Source of the DNA: Archaeoglobi archaeon
Lineage (GTDB): Archaea; Halobacteriota; Archaeoglobi; Archaeoglobales; Archaeoglobaceae
Assembly (NCBI GenBank): GCA_029259415.1
Contig: JAPDIW010000005.1
Location: 13,805 to 77,804 of the forward strand
Length of the DNA stretch: 64,000 bases
Direction: 5' to 3'
Below the pieces are notes generated by a model. That model saw only the letters and a program-made list of their open reading frames with translations, ran no database searches and was not told where the DNA came from. This document shows positions 21,343-29,324 of the stretch, piece after piece. Every line of letters starts with the position of its first letter. Within the stretch, counting starts at the first letter, position 1. The translations under genes were made by a program, and so were the position numbers.

Positions 21343-21492
21343 CTAACTTTCGCTTTTGCTCCCCGCCGGACTTGCACCGGCTGAACCGCTATCTCGGTGG
21401 GGAGCATCCAAATTCCTGGCCCTATTCTTGAGCCACCACTCCCTGAATGCCTCAACAGCCTCACAAAACCGGTCAAGAACGTCGTAATCCAT
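21343..21492 (-). CDS. 49-aa hypothetical protein MDYDVLDRFCEAVEAFREWWLK...
   Basis: Manual translation; RBS GGAGGG; coupled to neighbours. Confidence 0.55.
   Translation of the reverse strand: MDYDVLDRFCEAVEAFREWWLKNRARNLDAPHRDSGSAGASPAGSKSES
21357..21405 (-). ncRNA. Minimal tRNA-like structure (acceptor stem, T-arm, one short hairpin)
   Basis: GCTCCCC-ACCG/AGATAG/CGGT-TCA-GCCGG/TGCAAGT/CCGGC-GGGGAGC-A. Confidence 0.5.
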
Positions 21493-21494
21493 CC

Positions 21495-21659
21495 TCAACC
21501 CTCCTCAAAAATAGAAACAAGCTCTTCAGGCGGGATGTTCTCGACCAAATGCTTCACGTTCTTCAGTATCGTCTTCCTAAGGATCACCGGATCCTTGTTA
21601 AGTTCACGCCCAAGAATCCTCGCCATTCTGCCCAGCTCTGGATACACTACTCTCGGCAT
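21495..21659 (-). CDS. 54-aa small helical protein
   Basis: MPRVVYPELGRMAR...; RBS GGAGG. Confidence 0.55.
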   Translation of the reverse strand: MPRVVYPELGRMARILGRELNKDPVILRKTILKNVKHLVENIPPEELVSIFEEG

Positions 21660-21760
21660 GTCAGCCTCCACCCGCACCTGCTGCATCTCCAGCCCTCTTC
21701 AGTTTCCTCGAGTAAACCACCGCAGGGGCAAAGGCCAGAATCAACGAACTGCTGGAGCAT
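21647..21760 (-). CDS. 37-aa zinc-finger protein
   Basis: MLQQFVDSGLCPCGGLLEETEEGWRCSRCGWRLTCRE; RBS GGAGGG. Confidence 0.65.
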   Translation of the reverse strand: MLQQFVDSGLCPCGGLLEETEEGWRCSRCGWRLTCRE

Positions 21761-21762
21761 GC

Positions 21763-21930
21763 TCAACCCTCCAATTTTTTGACCTCTATTTTATTTTCAC
21801 ATATTTTAATAAGAACCTGCTCTCCACTTTTGAATTCAAGAACTTTCACGAGTGATTTTGGCACATAGATTCTCCCTGAACCTTTTTGATCTATGTGATA
21901 CCTACCTACGCCCACACATAAATCGCTCAT
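21763..21930 (-). CDS. AbrB/SpoVT-like regulator, 55 aa (missing from ORF track)
   Basis: MSDLCVGVGRYHIDQKGSGRIYVPKSLVKVLEFKSGEQVLIKICENKIEVKKLEG; RBS AGGTGA; paralogous to 22044-22226. Confidence 0.8.
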   Translation of the reverse strand: MSDLCVGVGRYHIDQKGSGRIYVPKSLVKVLEFKSGEQVLIKICENKIEVKKLEG

Positions 21931-22040
21931 TCTATCACCTCTGATAGAATTCTACAACCAATCCTATTTAACACTTTCGATAACCTTCGATAACTCTCGA
22001 CAAACAAAACTAGGTTTAAGAACCTTACAACAAATGATAA
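21929..22040. promoter_or_regulatory. Divergent promoter/operator region
   Basis: Inverted repeat ATTCTATCA-cctc-TGATAGAAT at 21929-21950; tandem TTCGATAAC x2 plus TCTCGACAAA at 10-bp period (about 21965-21995). Confidence 0.65.
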
Positions 22041-22043
22041 GTT

Positions 22044-22226
22044 ATGGCCGAAGAAGACAAAAGCATTCTTGTATCGGTTGGGAAGATTCACATCGACTCC
22101 AAAGGAGCTGGACGCATTTATCTCAAAAAGAAAGTAATTGATGCTCTTGAAAAGATTGGAATTCAGCACGGTGATGAACTCAGAATTGAAGTTAAAGACG
22201 GAAAACTCATTATCACTAAACTCTAA
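22044..22226 (+). CDS. AbrB/SpoVT-like regulator, 60 aa
   Basis: VGKIHIDSKGAGRIYLKKKV...GDELRIEVKDGKLIITKL. Confidence 0.8.
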   Translation: MAEEDKSILVSVGKIHIDSKGAGRIYLKKKVIDALEKIGIQHGDELRIEVKDGKLIITKL

Positions 22227-22265
22227 ACCGCAATTTATTTCAAGAACAAAATATACACAGAAACT

Positions 22266-22715
22266 ATGATCTATGCATATTCCTTTGCAATCTTCGCAAT
22301 CTTGGTCATTTTCTCGGGAGTGATCGTTATAGTTACTACCCTCATTCTTAAATTTTCCAAAAATGAGCAGCTCAAAGATCGTATTAAGCCTATTGACTTC
22401 TGGCTTACCAAGACTATGAACTTCTCTTTGTTTATGATGCTTGCTTCCCTCACACTTGCTGCTATCTTCAAAGATCCCCCTGAGATGTTCATCCCTCAAA
22501 ACGTCTGGAACCTCGTTCAGCAACATGAAAGCCTTGGAGTTCTCGCTTTTGTTGTATACCTCTGGCTTACCCTCGACAGAAGACTCACAAAAGTCGAGAC
22601 GCAGATTGCACATATTGACGGAGATGTTGAATCCCTTCGAATTGACTTTAAAGAAGAATTCAAGCAACTTCGTGACGATATTAGACATATGTGGAACAAC
22701 ATCTCTAAGAAATAA
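22266..22715 (+). CDS. Membrane protein, about 3 TM segments plus C-terminal coiled coil
   Basis: Hydrophobic segments; LDRRLTKVETQIAHIDGDVESLR heptads. Confidence 0.7.
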   Translation: MIYAYSFAIFAILVIFSGVIVIVTTLILKFSKNEQLKDRIKPIDFWLTKTMNFSLFMMLASLTLAAIFKDPPEMFIPQNVWNLVQQHESLGVLAFVVYLWLTLDRRLTKVETQIAHIDGDVESLRIDFKEEFKQLRDDIRHMWNNISKK

Positions 22716-22850
22716 CATGCCTAACCTCCTCCGTGCACGTAGCCAGGGACGTGAGCACTCCACCTTTACAGGATCAAAATAGCGGCATCTCCTCGGGTTG
22801 TGTAGCCGGCAACGATAAGGGCTGTAAGGATCAAAGTTACTGCACCTCAT
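22716..22850 (-). CDS. Cys-rich small protein (N-terminus of the 307-aa track ORF); true 3' end uncertain
   Basis: MRCSNFDPYSPYRC...CRYFDPVKVEC internal repeat; coupled TGAATG start. Confidence 0.45.
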
Positions 22851-23183
22851 TCAACCCCTCCGAAAATCGCCGGCCAGCTTTCTCTTAAACTGCACATCCT
22901 CAGCCCTGACGAGCTTGGACATCACTCCTCCATCTTCCGTGAAAACCACGAAGAGGTAAGCCCGTTATTTTCCACAAGATGGTCGTGCTGCTCCCTATCC
23001 AGAGTGAACCTGCCCCTGCACCTCCCGACTCCGTTCCTGTGGCACTCCTGACAGGCTTTGATCTCCACCGGCTTACCGTCAATCTGCCCGTCAACGAGCC
23101 CGTTACTGAGAACTTGCAAGCTCCTCAGCCCTCTGACCGTTCAGGTATGCCCTCTCGTTTCTGACGGTTATCAGATCGCTCAT
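22851..23183 (-). pseudogene. Small PD-(D/E)XK nuclease (Holliday-junction-resolvase-like) with two frameshifts
   Basis: MSDLITVRNERAYLNGQRAEELA / DGQIDGKPVEIKAC...GRFTLDREQHDHL / YLFVVFTEDGGVMSKLVRAE in three successive frames. Confidence 0.7.
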
Positions 23184-23329
23184 TTCATCAGCCCCCTGTA
23201 ACAATCACGGCAGAGAGGGCAGCAACCGAGCCAGACCACCTGATCCTCTGACAACCGCTTACCGCAATAGGCACATTCTACAACTGTGATCCGCCTCTCA
23301 ACGTATTCCTTAAGAGTGATGAAAGGCAT
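23180..23329 (-). CDS. 49-aa zinc-finger protein
   Basis: MPFITLKEYVERRITVVECAYCGKRLSEDQVVWLGCCPLCRDCYRGLMK. Confidence 0.7.
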   Translation of the reverse strand: MPFITLKEYVERRITVVECAYCGKRLSEDQVVWLGCCPLCRDCYRGLMK

Positions 23330-23553
23330 CAGGCATCAGCCTCCTCAAAAACAAGATTTATGCAATCGTATGCGTTTGTCAAATGTTTAATCTTCAATCC
23401 GTGCTTTCTCGCCGTTTTCACGATTTTTCCAAAAGTTTCCTTCGCCAGAACTCCGTGAACTTTGAGATGGTAACTGAACTTTTCGCCATTGACAACTTCA
23501 ATCGAAGACGCCTGCGGCAACTCGTCAAGCAACCTCTTAACATCCTCAAACAT
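23329..23553 (-). CDS. 74-aa hypothetical protein
   Basis: MFEDVKRLL...VFEEADA; TGATG coupling at both ends. Confidence 0.7.
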   Translation of the reverse strand: MFEDVKRLLDELPQASSIEVVNGEKFSYHLKVHGVLAKETFGKIVKTARKHGLKIKHLTNAYDCINLVFEEADA

Positions 23554-23672
23554 CAGGCAACCCTCCACTCCCTGCTGACGAGCTCCCTGAGCTCCCTCAA
23601 CCTCTGCTCCCTCGGCATGCCCCTGAGCTTCGCCTTGAGCTCCTCAACCGTCATCTCCCTGTAGCCGGTCAT
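23553..23672 (-). CDS. 39-aa hypothetical protein
   Basis: MTGYREMTVEELKAKLRGMPREQRLRELRELVSREWRVA; coupled. Confidence 0.6.
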   Translation of the reverse strand: MTGYREMTVEELKAKLRGMPREQRLRELRELVSREWRVA

Positions 23673-24019
23673 TAGGCCTCAGCCTCCTTCAGAATAGCAT
23701 CCTCAACCTTACTCTCAAGCCTCTCAAAATTCATCTCAAGTTCCTCAATTCTATCATCGAGCTCTCTAATTTTCTTTTTCAATTCAGCGATTTTGTTGTG
23801 CAATATTCCGATATCTGAATATAGCATTCCGATTGTATCGTTTGCATCAGCCTCCTCATCAAAACTCAAAAAACCCTGCTCCACCATGTTTTTGACACTC
23901 AACACAAGTTCACGCATGCATCTTGGACAAATCGGATATGCACCATCTATATGCCAGAATGTCTTGGCACCGCAGCCTCTGCAGTTTCCTGGAACTCCGA
24001 ATTTATCGTATAGTGGCAT
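23672..24019 (-). CDS. Zn-finger plus coiled-coil protein
   Basis: CRGC...CPRC followed by heptad repeats. Confidence 0.75.
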   Translation of the reverse strand: MPLYDKFGVPGNCRGCGAKTFWHIDGAYPICPRCMRELVLSVKNMVEQGFLSFDEEADANDTIGMLYSDIGILHNKIAELKKKIRELDDRIEELEMNFERLESKVEDAILKEAEA

Positions 24020-24525
24020 CAGGCATCAGCCTCCTCAAAGAAATCGCTTGAAAGAACTTTCTCGAACTCTCCAGCCCTTATCATCTCGGCCATGCGCTCT
24101 TTGTAGGTCTTCAGCGCCTTGAGCCTTGAAAGAGCTGAATCTCTGTTCTTCTTGAATTCCTCAATTCTCTCTTTTGTCTGGGCGATCATCTCATCGATGT
24201 CGAGAAGCTGGCACATCTTGGCCTTGGAGTCCTCTTCTTCGAGAAGCCTCTTCTTGCGATTTTCGAGATCGGCGAGATATCCTGTATCTTCTTCTATCTC
24301 CCTTTCGTATCTTTCGATTTTTTGTTCTGTATCTGCTATGAGCCTCAGATAATCCCTATACAGATTAAGAGCCTCCTCGATCTGCAGGACCTTGAAGAAG
24401 AGCTGGCCGATTACGGCGTCTGCATCCTCATTCTCGTCGATCGCAACTCTTAGACTGATGCGCTCGTTGTTGTAGTTCTTGAGGTTGAAAAGTCTCGAGT
24501 ACTCTACCTCTCTCACCTTCATCAC
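24019..24525 (-). CDS. Coiled-coil protein, 168 aa
   Basis: E/K/R-rich heptads; coupled start and stop. Confidence 0.75.
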   Translation of the reverse strand: MMKVREVEYSRLFNLKNYNNERISLRVAIDENEDADAVIGQLFFKVLQIEEALNLYRDYLRLIADTEQKIERYEREIEEDTGYLADLENRKKRLLEEEDSKAKMCQLLDIDEMIAQTKERIEEFKKNRDSALSRLKALKTYKERMAEMIRAGEFEKVLSSDFFEEADA

Positions 24526-24698
24526 GCATCACCATCCAAAATCTCCACGTCGGCCCTCCTCAGCTTACTCGGCTCGCCCGTGTAGGGGCAGAACCGCCAG
24601 TAAGCCTCGCAGTCGCACCTGTACGCACAGTGCTGGCAGTTTTGCGGGTCTCTAAAATCCACACTCTCGAATTCCGACGCCCGGACAAAACCGAACAT
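24522..24698 (-). CDS. 58-aa Cys-rich protein
   Basis: MFGFVRASEF...CQHCAYRCDC...CPYTG; RBS GGAGGTGG. Confidence 0.65.
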   Translation of the reverse strand: MFGFVRASEFESVDFRDPQNCQHCAYRCDCEAYWRFCPYTGEPSKLRRADVEILDGDA

Positions 24699-24973
24699 CA
24701 CACACCACCTCCAAAAAATCCCCTCAACCTCTCCTCGTCCGCCTCGTCCAGCACCAGGCCGGCGTGATGCCTGAGGTTCTCCAAGACCTCCTCGGCTGTC
24801 AGGCAGTGCCAGGTCCAGATGGTTCTCCAGCCGCCGTTCCAGCGGCGTTCCAAGAAGTCCACCCTGCATCCCTGCTTGCGTTTGTAGCGGCGGATGCGAA
24901 GCAGTTCGAGGCCGTTCCAGGTGCGGCCGAGGTTCAGGGTCAGTTCCTCATTCCGTTTCGGTTTTGGGGTCAT
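24698..24973 (-). CDS. 91-aa hypothetical protein, first gene of the leftward micro-ORF operon
   Basis: TATA about 40 bp upstream; W/R-rich beta segment weakly recalls PC4-like ssDNA binders (inference). Confidence 0.65.
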   Translation of the reverse strand: MTPKPKRNEELTLNLGRTWNGLELLRIRRYKRKQGCRVDFLERRWNGGWRTIWTWHCLTAEEVLENLRHHAGLVLDEADEERLRGFFGGGV

Positions 24974-25062
24974 GGTTTCAGACCTCTCTTATAGTCCCAT
25001 CTATGAAACTAATGGTATATAAAAGTTCCGAATTAGGGTTCTGGTTTCAAAATTGAAACTAA
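24973..25062. promoter_or_regulatory. Divergent promoter with paired half-sites TGGTTTCA / TGAAACTAA
   Basis: TGGTTTCA at 24973 and 25042; TGAAACTAA at 25004 and 25054; GTTTCAA-aa-TTGAAAC at 25044-25059. Confidence 0.6.
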
Positions 25063-26005
25063 AATTAAAATCAAAAAATTTAAAAGAGATACAGTATAAC
25101 TCTTGCCGAGCTGGTGTCATTATGCCCGAGTGGCTGGATAAATTCGTTAAGGCTACCAAAAAAGCGACCGAGCAGGTGATCGATTCTTCAAAGAAAAAAT
25201 TGAATGAGATGAAATTACTTAGGGAGCTGTCGTTGCTGGAGAAATCCCTTAAAAAGCAAGTTCTGGATAGAATGAGTGATAAAAATCTGGAGAGTATTGT
25301 TAAAAACGAGAAAATTAAGAGTAAAAGTTTACTTATCAAGAAATATAAGAAGGGTAAAATCGACCTCTGGGAATACTTTGACAAGGACGAGTTGACTGAT
25401 TTGCTTGCCGACGAGCTCGACCTCGAAACCGTCCTCTTCTACGCAAAAGAGTTCAGGGTAAAGACCACAGACCTGATCCGCCAGTACAAGGAGAGGAGGA
25501 AGATCGTGATAGCCAGGCTGGCGAAGCTTCGAGATGGTGTCAAGGACTACGGGTCGCAGGATTATGAGGAATACTCCTTCACACCCGATTTGCTCGATGA
25601 GGTGTTGAGTGTCATAAAATCAGAATTTGAGCCGGAGCCGCCCATTATCAACGAGATGGACCTCGAAAAGCAGTTGTCCCTGTTCTTAAAGATGAAGGGG
25701 TACCAGTTCAAGAGGCAGTACAGTCCGGACGGTAAATACAAGGTTGACATCGTTTTTAACGGTGAGATGGGTGTCGAACTGAAGATAGCCGATGATCCGA
25801 GAAGATTGCTGAGCTGCCAAGCCAGGTGAAGCTGTACAAAAAGTGGCTGAGGGATTGTGCTGCCGTAATAGCCGTCCCTTACGGTGTCGATGAGAGCAGG
25901 TTGAGAGATTACTTCGAGCTGCTTGATGAGGAGGGGATCAGGTACATCGTAATCCGCATACCTTACCGGGCTTAAAACTTAAAAAAATTAAAATCAAAAA
26001 ATTTA
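25061..26005 (+). repeat. 22-bp direct repeat AAAATTAAAATCAAAAAATTTA flanking the nuclease gene
   Basis: Copies at 25061-25082 and 25984-26005. Confidence 0.85.
25122..25975 (+). pseudogene. Helical N-terminus plus PD-(D/E)XK nuclease, one frameshift near 25802
   Basis: KVDIVFNGEMGVELK, then in a shifted frame IAELPSQVKLYKKW...IRYIVIRIPYRA (QxxxY motif). Confidence 0.75.
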
Positions 26006-26072
26006 TTATTGGCTGCATTTGAGATAACAAGGTAAACCCTAAAAATGGCTTGAGATTAAAAAGTAGGCGTAG

Positions 26073-26795
26073 GTGATAAAGTTGCCAAGGTCGGCTACAC
26101 TGCTACGGATAGATCCTGAGGTAGTTGAGAGCGTTTTAAGTGTGTTTAAGAGCGTTGGAGAAGAAATCCCATATCAAGACGATTTAGCCATATTTATCAA
26201 GTCGTTTGAGGAATTTGATCAGTACTACATGGGACATATTCTGATCGACCTAGTGGACGAAGTAATGGTCAAAAAAAGAGTGGGTGGTGAGATCAGAGCT
26301 GAGCCTCAGAGTGTTCCTAGATGTGAGGAAGTCAAGTTTGCGTACTTTCCGAGGATCTCGGGGAGTGCTGAAATATCACACGTGACCGTCGTACTCGGTC
26401 GTGAAACCGTTGCCAGACTATTGGCGACGGTCATTGAAAGAATAGTTGGGCGTAGAGCTTTTTTGAAAGTGCGCTTCTCCTTCACACCCTCCAACGAGGC
26501 TGCTATCAGGAACAGCTTTGATGACATCGTGAGAATTCGCGGTGAAGATGTGGTTGACGCTGTAATTTCAGGAATATCGATCAAAGGAAGCAGAATCTAT
26601 CAGGCCTCTCCGGAATACCAGAAGGCCCTAAGCGGCGAGATTAAGCAAATCGGAGTGGCGTTGGGAGATGAGTGGTTTATCGTAGCTAGTTCGGGAAGGA
26701 TAACAACCTACAAAAGACTGTCGGATGAAGAGTTTATTGAGAGGGTTCGCCAAATCATTACGCGCTTTTTAAGGGCTGGGGCCGTAATCTTGTAA
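26073..26795 (+). CDS. 240-aa hypothetical protein
   Basis: Intact ORF with its own promoter; family not recognised with certainty. Confidence 0.75.
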   Translation: MIKLPRSATLLRIDPEVVESVLSVFKSVGEEIPYQDDLAIFIKSFEEFDQYYMGHILIDLVDEVMVKKRVGGEIRAEPQSVPRCEEVKFAYFPRISGSAEISHVTVVLGRETVARLLATVIERIVGRRAFLKVRFSFTPSNEAAIRNSFDDIVRIRGEDVVDAVISGISIKGSRIYQASPEYQKALSGEIKQIGVALGDEWFIVASSGRITTYKRLSDEEFIERVRQIITRFLRAGAVIL

Positions 26796-26799
26796 TTTT

Positions 26800-27501
26800 T
26801 TATATTATTCTTTTAATCTTAGACAGGTACCCGCCAAATAGCTCGTTCTCTATAATTTCAAAAGCTGCCGTAGCCTTTGCAATACTTAATATCATCACGT
26901 CAACCATATTGTCCGATTGATACGTCACCTGTCTGACGCCAAACTTATTAAGCCGTTCTTGGGCTTCCTCTTTGAATTTGCTTGCTTTAGATACATCTTC
27001 GAAAACTATTCGCATACCAAAAAAGGTTTTACTAGGATTAATGTACTGTATAAATCCCTCCGCAATGTCTGCAAGTTTCGAAACCGCTTCACTTAGGCAT
27101 TTTTTATCAATCTTTTCTGGAACCGCATAGATTTTCATTCTTTTCACGTATAAAACACCATCATCGAAGTCGGAAACGTTATCTCTCTCTTCCTCATAAT
27201 CTTCTTCCGACTCTGTAGGCAGGTACAGGTAGTCTGGAGCAACATCTTTTATTCTAACGTTCTCGGCAATGTATTCGTTTCCGTCCCTCTTAAAACCGAT
27301 ACTCGTTAGAATATCATCCAATCTAATTTTCCAGTCATCCAATCTAAGCGGTTCTACGAAGTCAACTACAAGAAATAGGCTCAAGCGGACTTTTCCATAG
27401 GAGCTTTTTTCGACTAATTTGAACGTCTTGTCTGCAAGCTTTGCTCCAATATGTGCCAAAAATCCTTTAGCAATGCCGTAACCAACAGTCTCGAGACTCA
27501 T
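26800..27501 (-). CDS. 233-aa hypothetical protein (AT-rich)
   Basis: Intact ORF convergent on the previous gene. Confidence 0.75.
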   Translation of the reverse strand: MSLETVGYGIAKGFLAHIGAKLADKTFKLVEKSSYGKVRLSLFLVVDFVEPLRLDDWKIRLDDILTSIGFKRDGNEYIAENVRIKDVAPDYLYLPTESEEDYEEERDNVSDFDDGVLYVKRMKIYAVPEKIDKKCLSEAVSKLADIAEGFIQYINPSKTFFGMRIVFEDVSKASKFKEEAQERLNKFGVRQVTYQSDNMVDVMILSIAKATAAFEIIENELFGGYLSKIKRII

Positions 27502-27856
27502 ATTACATTAGAGTTTTAGTGGTAGAAGTAAAAGTAATTTTTGGTGTTGGATTATATCCACTTCTCATCTCGCCCAGTATACCTCCTCAGGTTCGGTCAG
27601 CAGAGTAGTGGAACCCCCGGAATACGGTCAACAAGGTGTCGGAGGTAATAGCCCGAAAGGCTGTAAAATCTCGAAAGAAAGGCTGTAATGGGATTTTCTC
27701 TCCTTTAATAGAATATCTTCTTAAAAGAGATCTACTAAGAATAGGGTTCACATAAAATATAGAATAGCCAAAATTTATTTTTTGCCTTGGATCGTAATGG
27801 TTTGTGATAGGTCGATAATATTATCTCAAACTTATGAAAATAGACGATAGAACAGG

Positions 27857-28714
27857 CTAGTTCAGCCCACCCTCTTTATAAAGAACACGGTCAAGAACGG
27901 AGAGGTGGGACCTGAGCATCCTCATCCTCTCGGCAACAATTCCAAAAGCCTCCCTATCACCCAGACTCATCTCCTGCCTGTTCAGACGCTTCGAAAACAG
28001 GTTCCTCAAAAACCTCAAAAGCAGAATGAACCAGTACCTCTTCCTGTCGTCGAAAACCAAGGCAGCCCTCTTGCTCCTGCTGTAGCCCTTCCGCCTGAAA
28101 GCTCCCCTCACGCCGCTCGTGTAGCGGCCTATAAGCACATAGGTCTCGTTAGCGGCCCTCTTCTTGTGCTGCCCCGCCCTGCCCCTCACACCCTTAACCT
28201 GCCTCACGAGCTGGTTGAGGTTCTCCTGGGCCTTCGAGGGCGGGATGTACCACCTCCTCCTTCTCACCGTCAATGCAACCATGTGGACCTCGTGCCTGGT
28301 GATGGGGATGAAGAGCACCAGAGTGTCTGTGCGGCCGTCCCCCTTCTTGCCAGGCGAGAGGTGGATGTAATCTCCTGGTTGCTTGACCCCAGCGGCAGAC
28401 AGCATCTGCAAAAACAGCACCTGCATCTTTGAGGAAACATCTTCAAAATCAAAAGAAAAGGGAGGTAAGAACCTTCCAGAACGCCAGACGGGCTCGAAGA
28501 TCTCCCTGTTCAGGTCGAGAAACTCCGCCGCCTCTTTTGCCGTTCCTTTAAATCCATAATAAGTCAATGCATCAAGGAGAGCCTTTGGGAACCTCACACC
28601 TTGAGACCTGATAAGCCCCACTACCTCGTCGAGCTTACAGGCTAACTCTGAGAGGGATGAGATTAGGTTGTCGAAAGATGGTCCTTGAGTTGTTGAGGCG
28701 TCAGCTGCTGTCAT
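27857..28714 (-). CDS. 285-aa basic hypothetical protein
   Basis: Coupled behind an RHH gene; R/K-rich C-terminal half. Confidence 0.7.
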   Translation of the reverse strand: MTAADASTTQGPSFDNLISSLSELACKLDEVVGLIRSQGVRFPKALLDALTYYGFKGTAKEAAEFLDLNREIFEPVWRSGRFLPPFSFDFEDVSSKMQVLFLQMLSAAGVKQPGDYIHLSPGKKGDGRTDTLVLFIPITRHEVHMVALTVRRRRWYIPPSKAQENLNQLVRQVKGVRGRAGQHKKRAANETYVLIGRYTSGVRGAFRRKGYSRSKRAALVFDDRKRYWFILLLRFLRNLFSKRLNRQEMSLGDREAFGIVAERMRMLRSHLSVLDRVLYKEGGLN

Positions 28715-28886
28715 GTGCTTTCAAAAGTCCCCTATTGGTAAGATCTTCACGAATCAAGGCCCTAATGTACTCACTGATCGACTTTGCCCCCAGTATTGGC
28801 GATTCATTCTCTATTAACTGTTCTATGAGATCCTTCCATTCTGCAGGTACGTCAGACCAAACTCGATCGAAACCTTTACGCACCAT
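28701..28886 (-). CDS. Ribbon-helix-helix (CopG-like) regulator
   Basis: SISEYIRALIREDL signature. Confidence 0.8.
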   Translation of the reverse strand: MVRKGFDRVWSDVPAEWKDLIEQLIENESPILGAKSISEYIRALIREDLTNRGLLKAHDSS

Positions 28887-28989
28887 TGCAACCTTTATTC
28901 AGTAATTACACCTATTTAAGGGTTGTGATTCTGCAACTTTTATTCAATTTTGACAATCAAATCTTTATTATTGGTTTCAGAGATGAAGT

Positions 28990-29310
28990 ATGGTTGAAGA
29001 ATTGGTAAAAGGTTTAGCAAAATCAGGTGCAATTAAAATCCTCAGAGCACTAAAAGATGATGGCAAACGATTGACGGATCTTGTTAGAGAAGTTGATCTT
29101 GATAAATCGACGGTATGGCGTCGTTTAGAGGAGTTTGAGAAAAAGTTATTCTTGGTTTATGTAGAATACAATAGAGAACTAAAAGCTCCAATTTATAAAT
29201 TAACACCATTCGGCCTCAAAATCCTCCAAAAGCTCGAAGAAATAGAGCAGATCTACGAGGAGGAGATGCAGAAGGCTCCTCCGAAGGGGAGGGCTTTTGT
29301 TGAGGAATGA
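28990..29310 (+). CDS. Winged-helix transcriptional regulator
   Basis: IKILRAL, LDKSTVWRRLEE, YKLTPFG. Confidence 0.85.
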   Translation: MVEELVKGLAKSGAIKILRALKDDGKRLTDLVREVDLDKSTVWRRLEEFEKKLFLVYVEYNRELKAPIYKLTPFGLKILQKLEEIEQIYEEEMQKAPPKGRAFVEE

Positions 29311-29324
29311 AGGGGGTGTGAATT

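Noticed and set aside
21927-22850. 307-aa antisense ORF spanning two plus-strand genes
   Set aside because: It is codon-aligned with both sense genes, which share one frame and avoid TTA/CTA/TCA codons. Only the first approximately 45 Cys-rich codons look like a real protein.
27500-27857. Mini-CRISPR array in the long intergenic region
   Set aside because: Only one 12-bp repeat pair, with no repeat-spacer periodicity. No CRISPR array was seen anywhere in the window.
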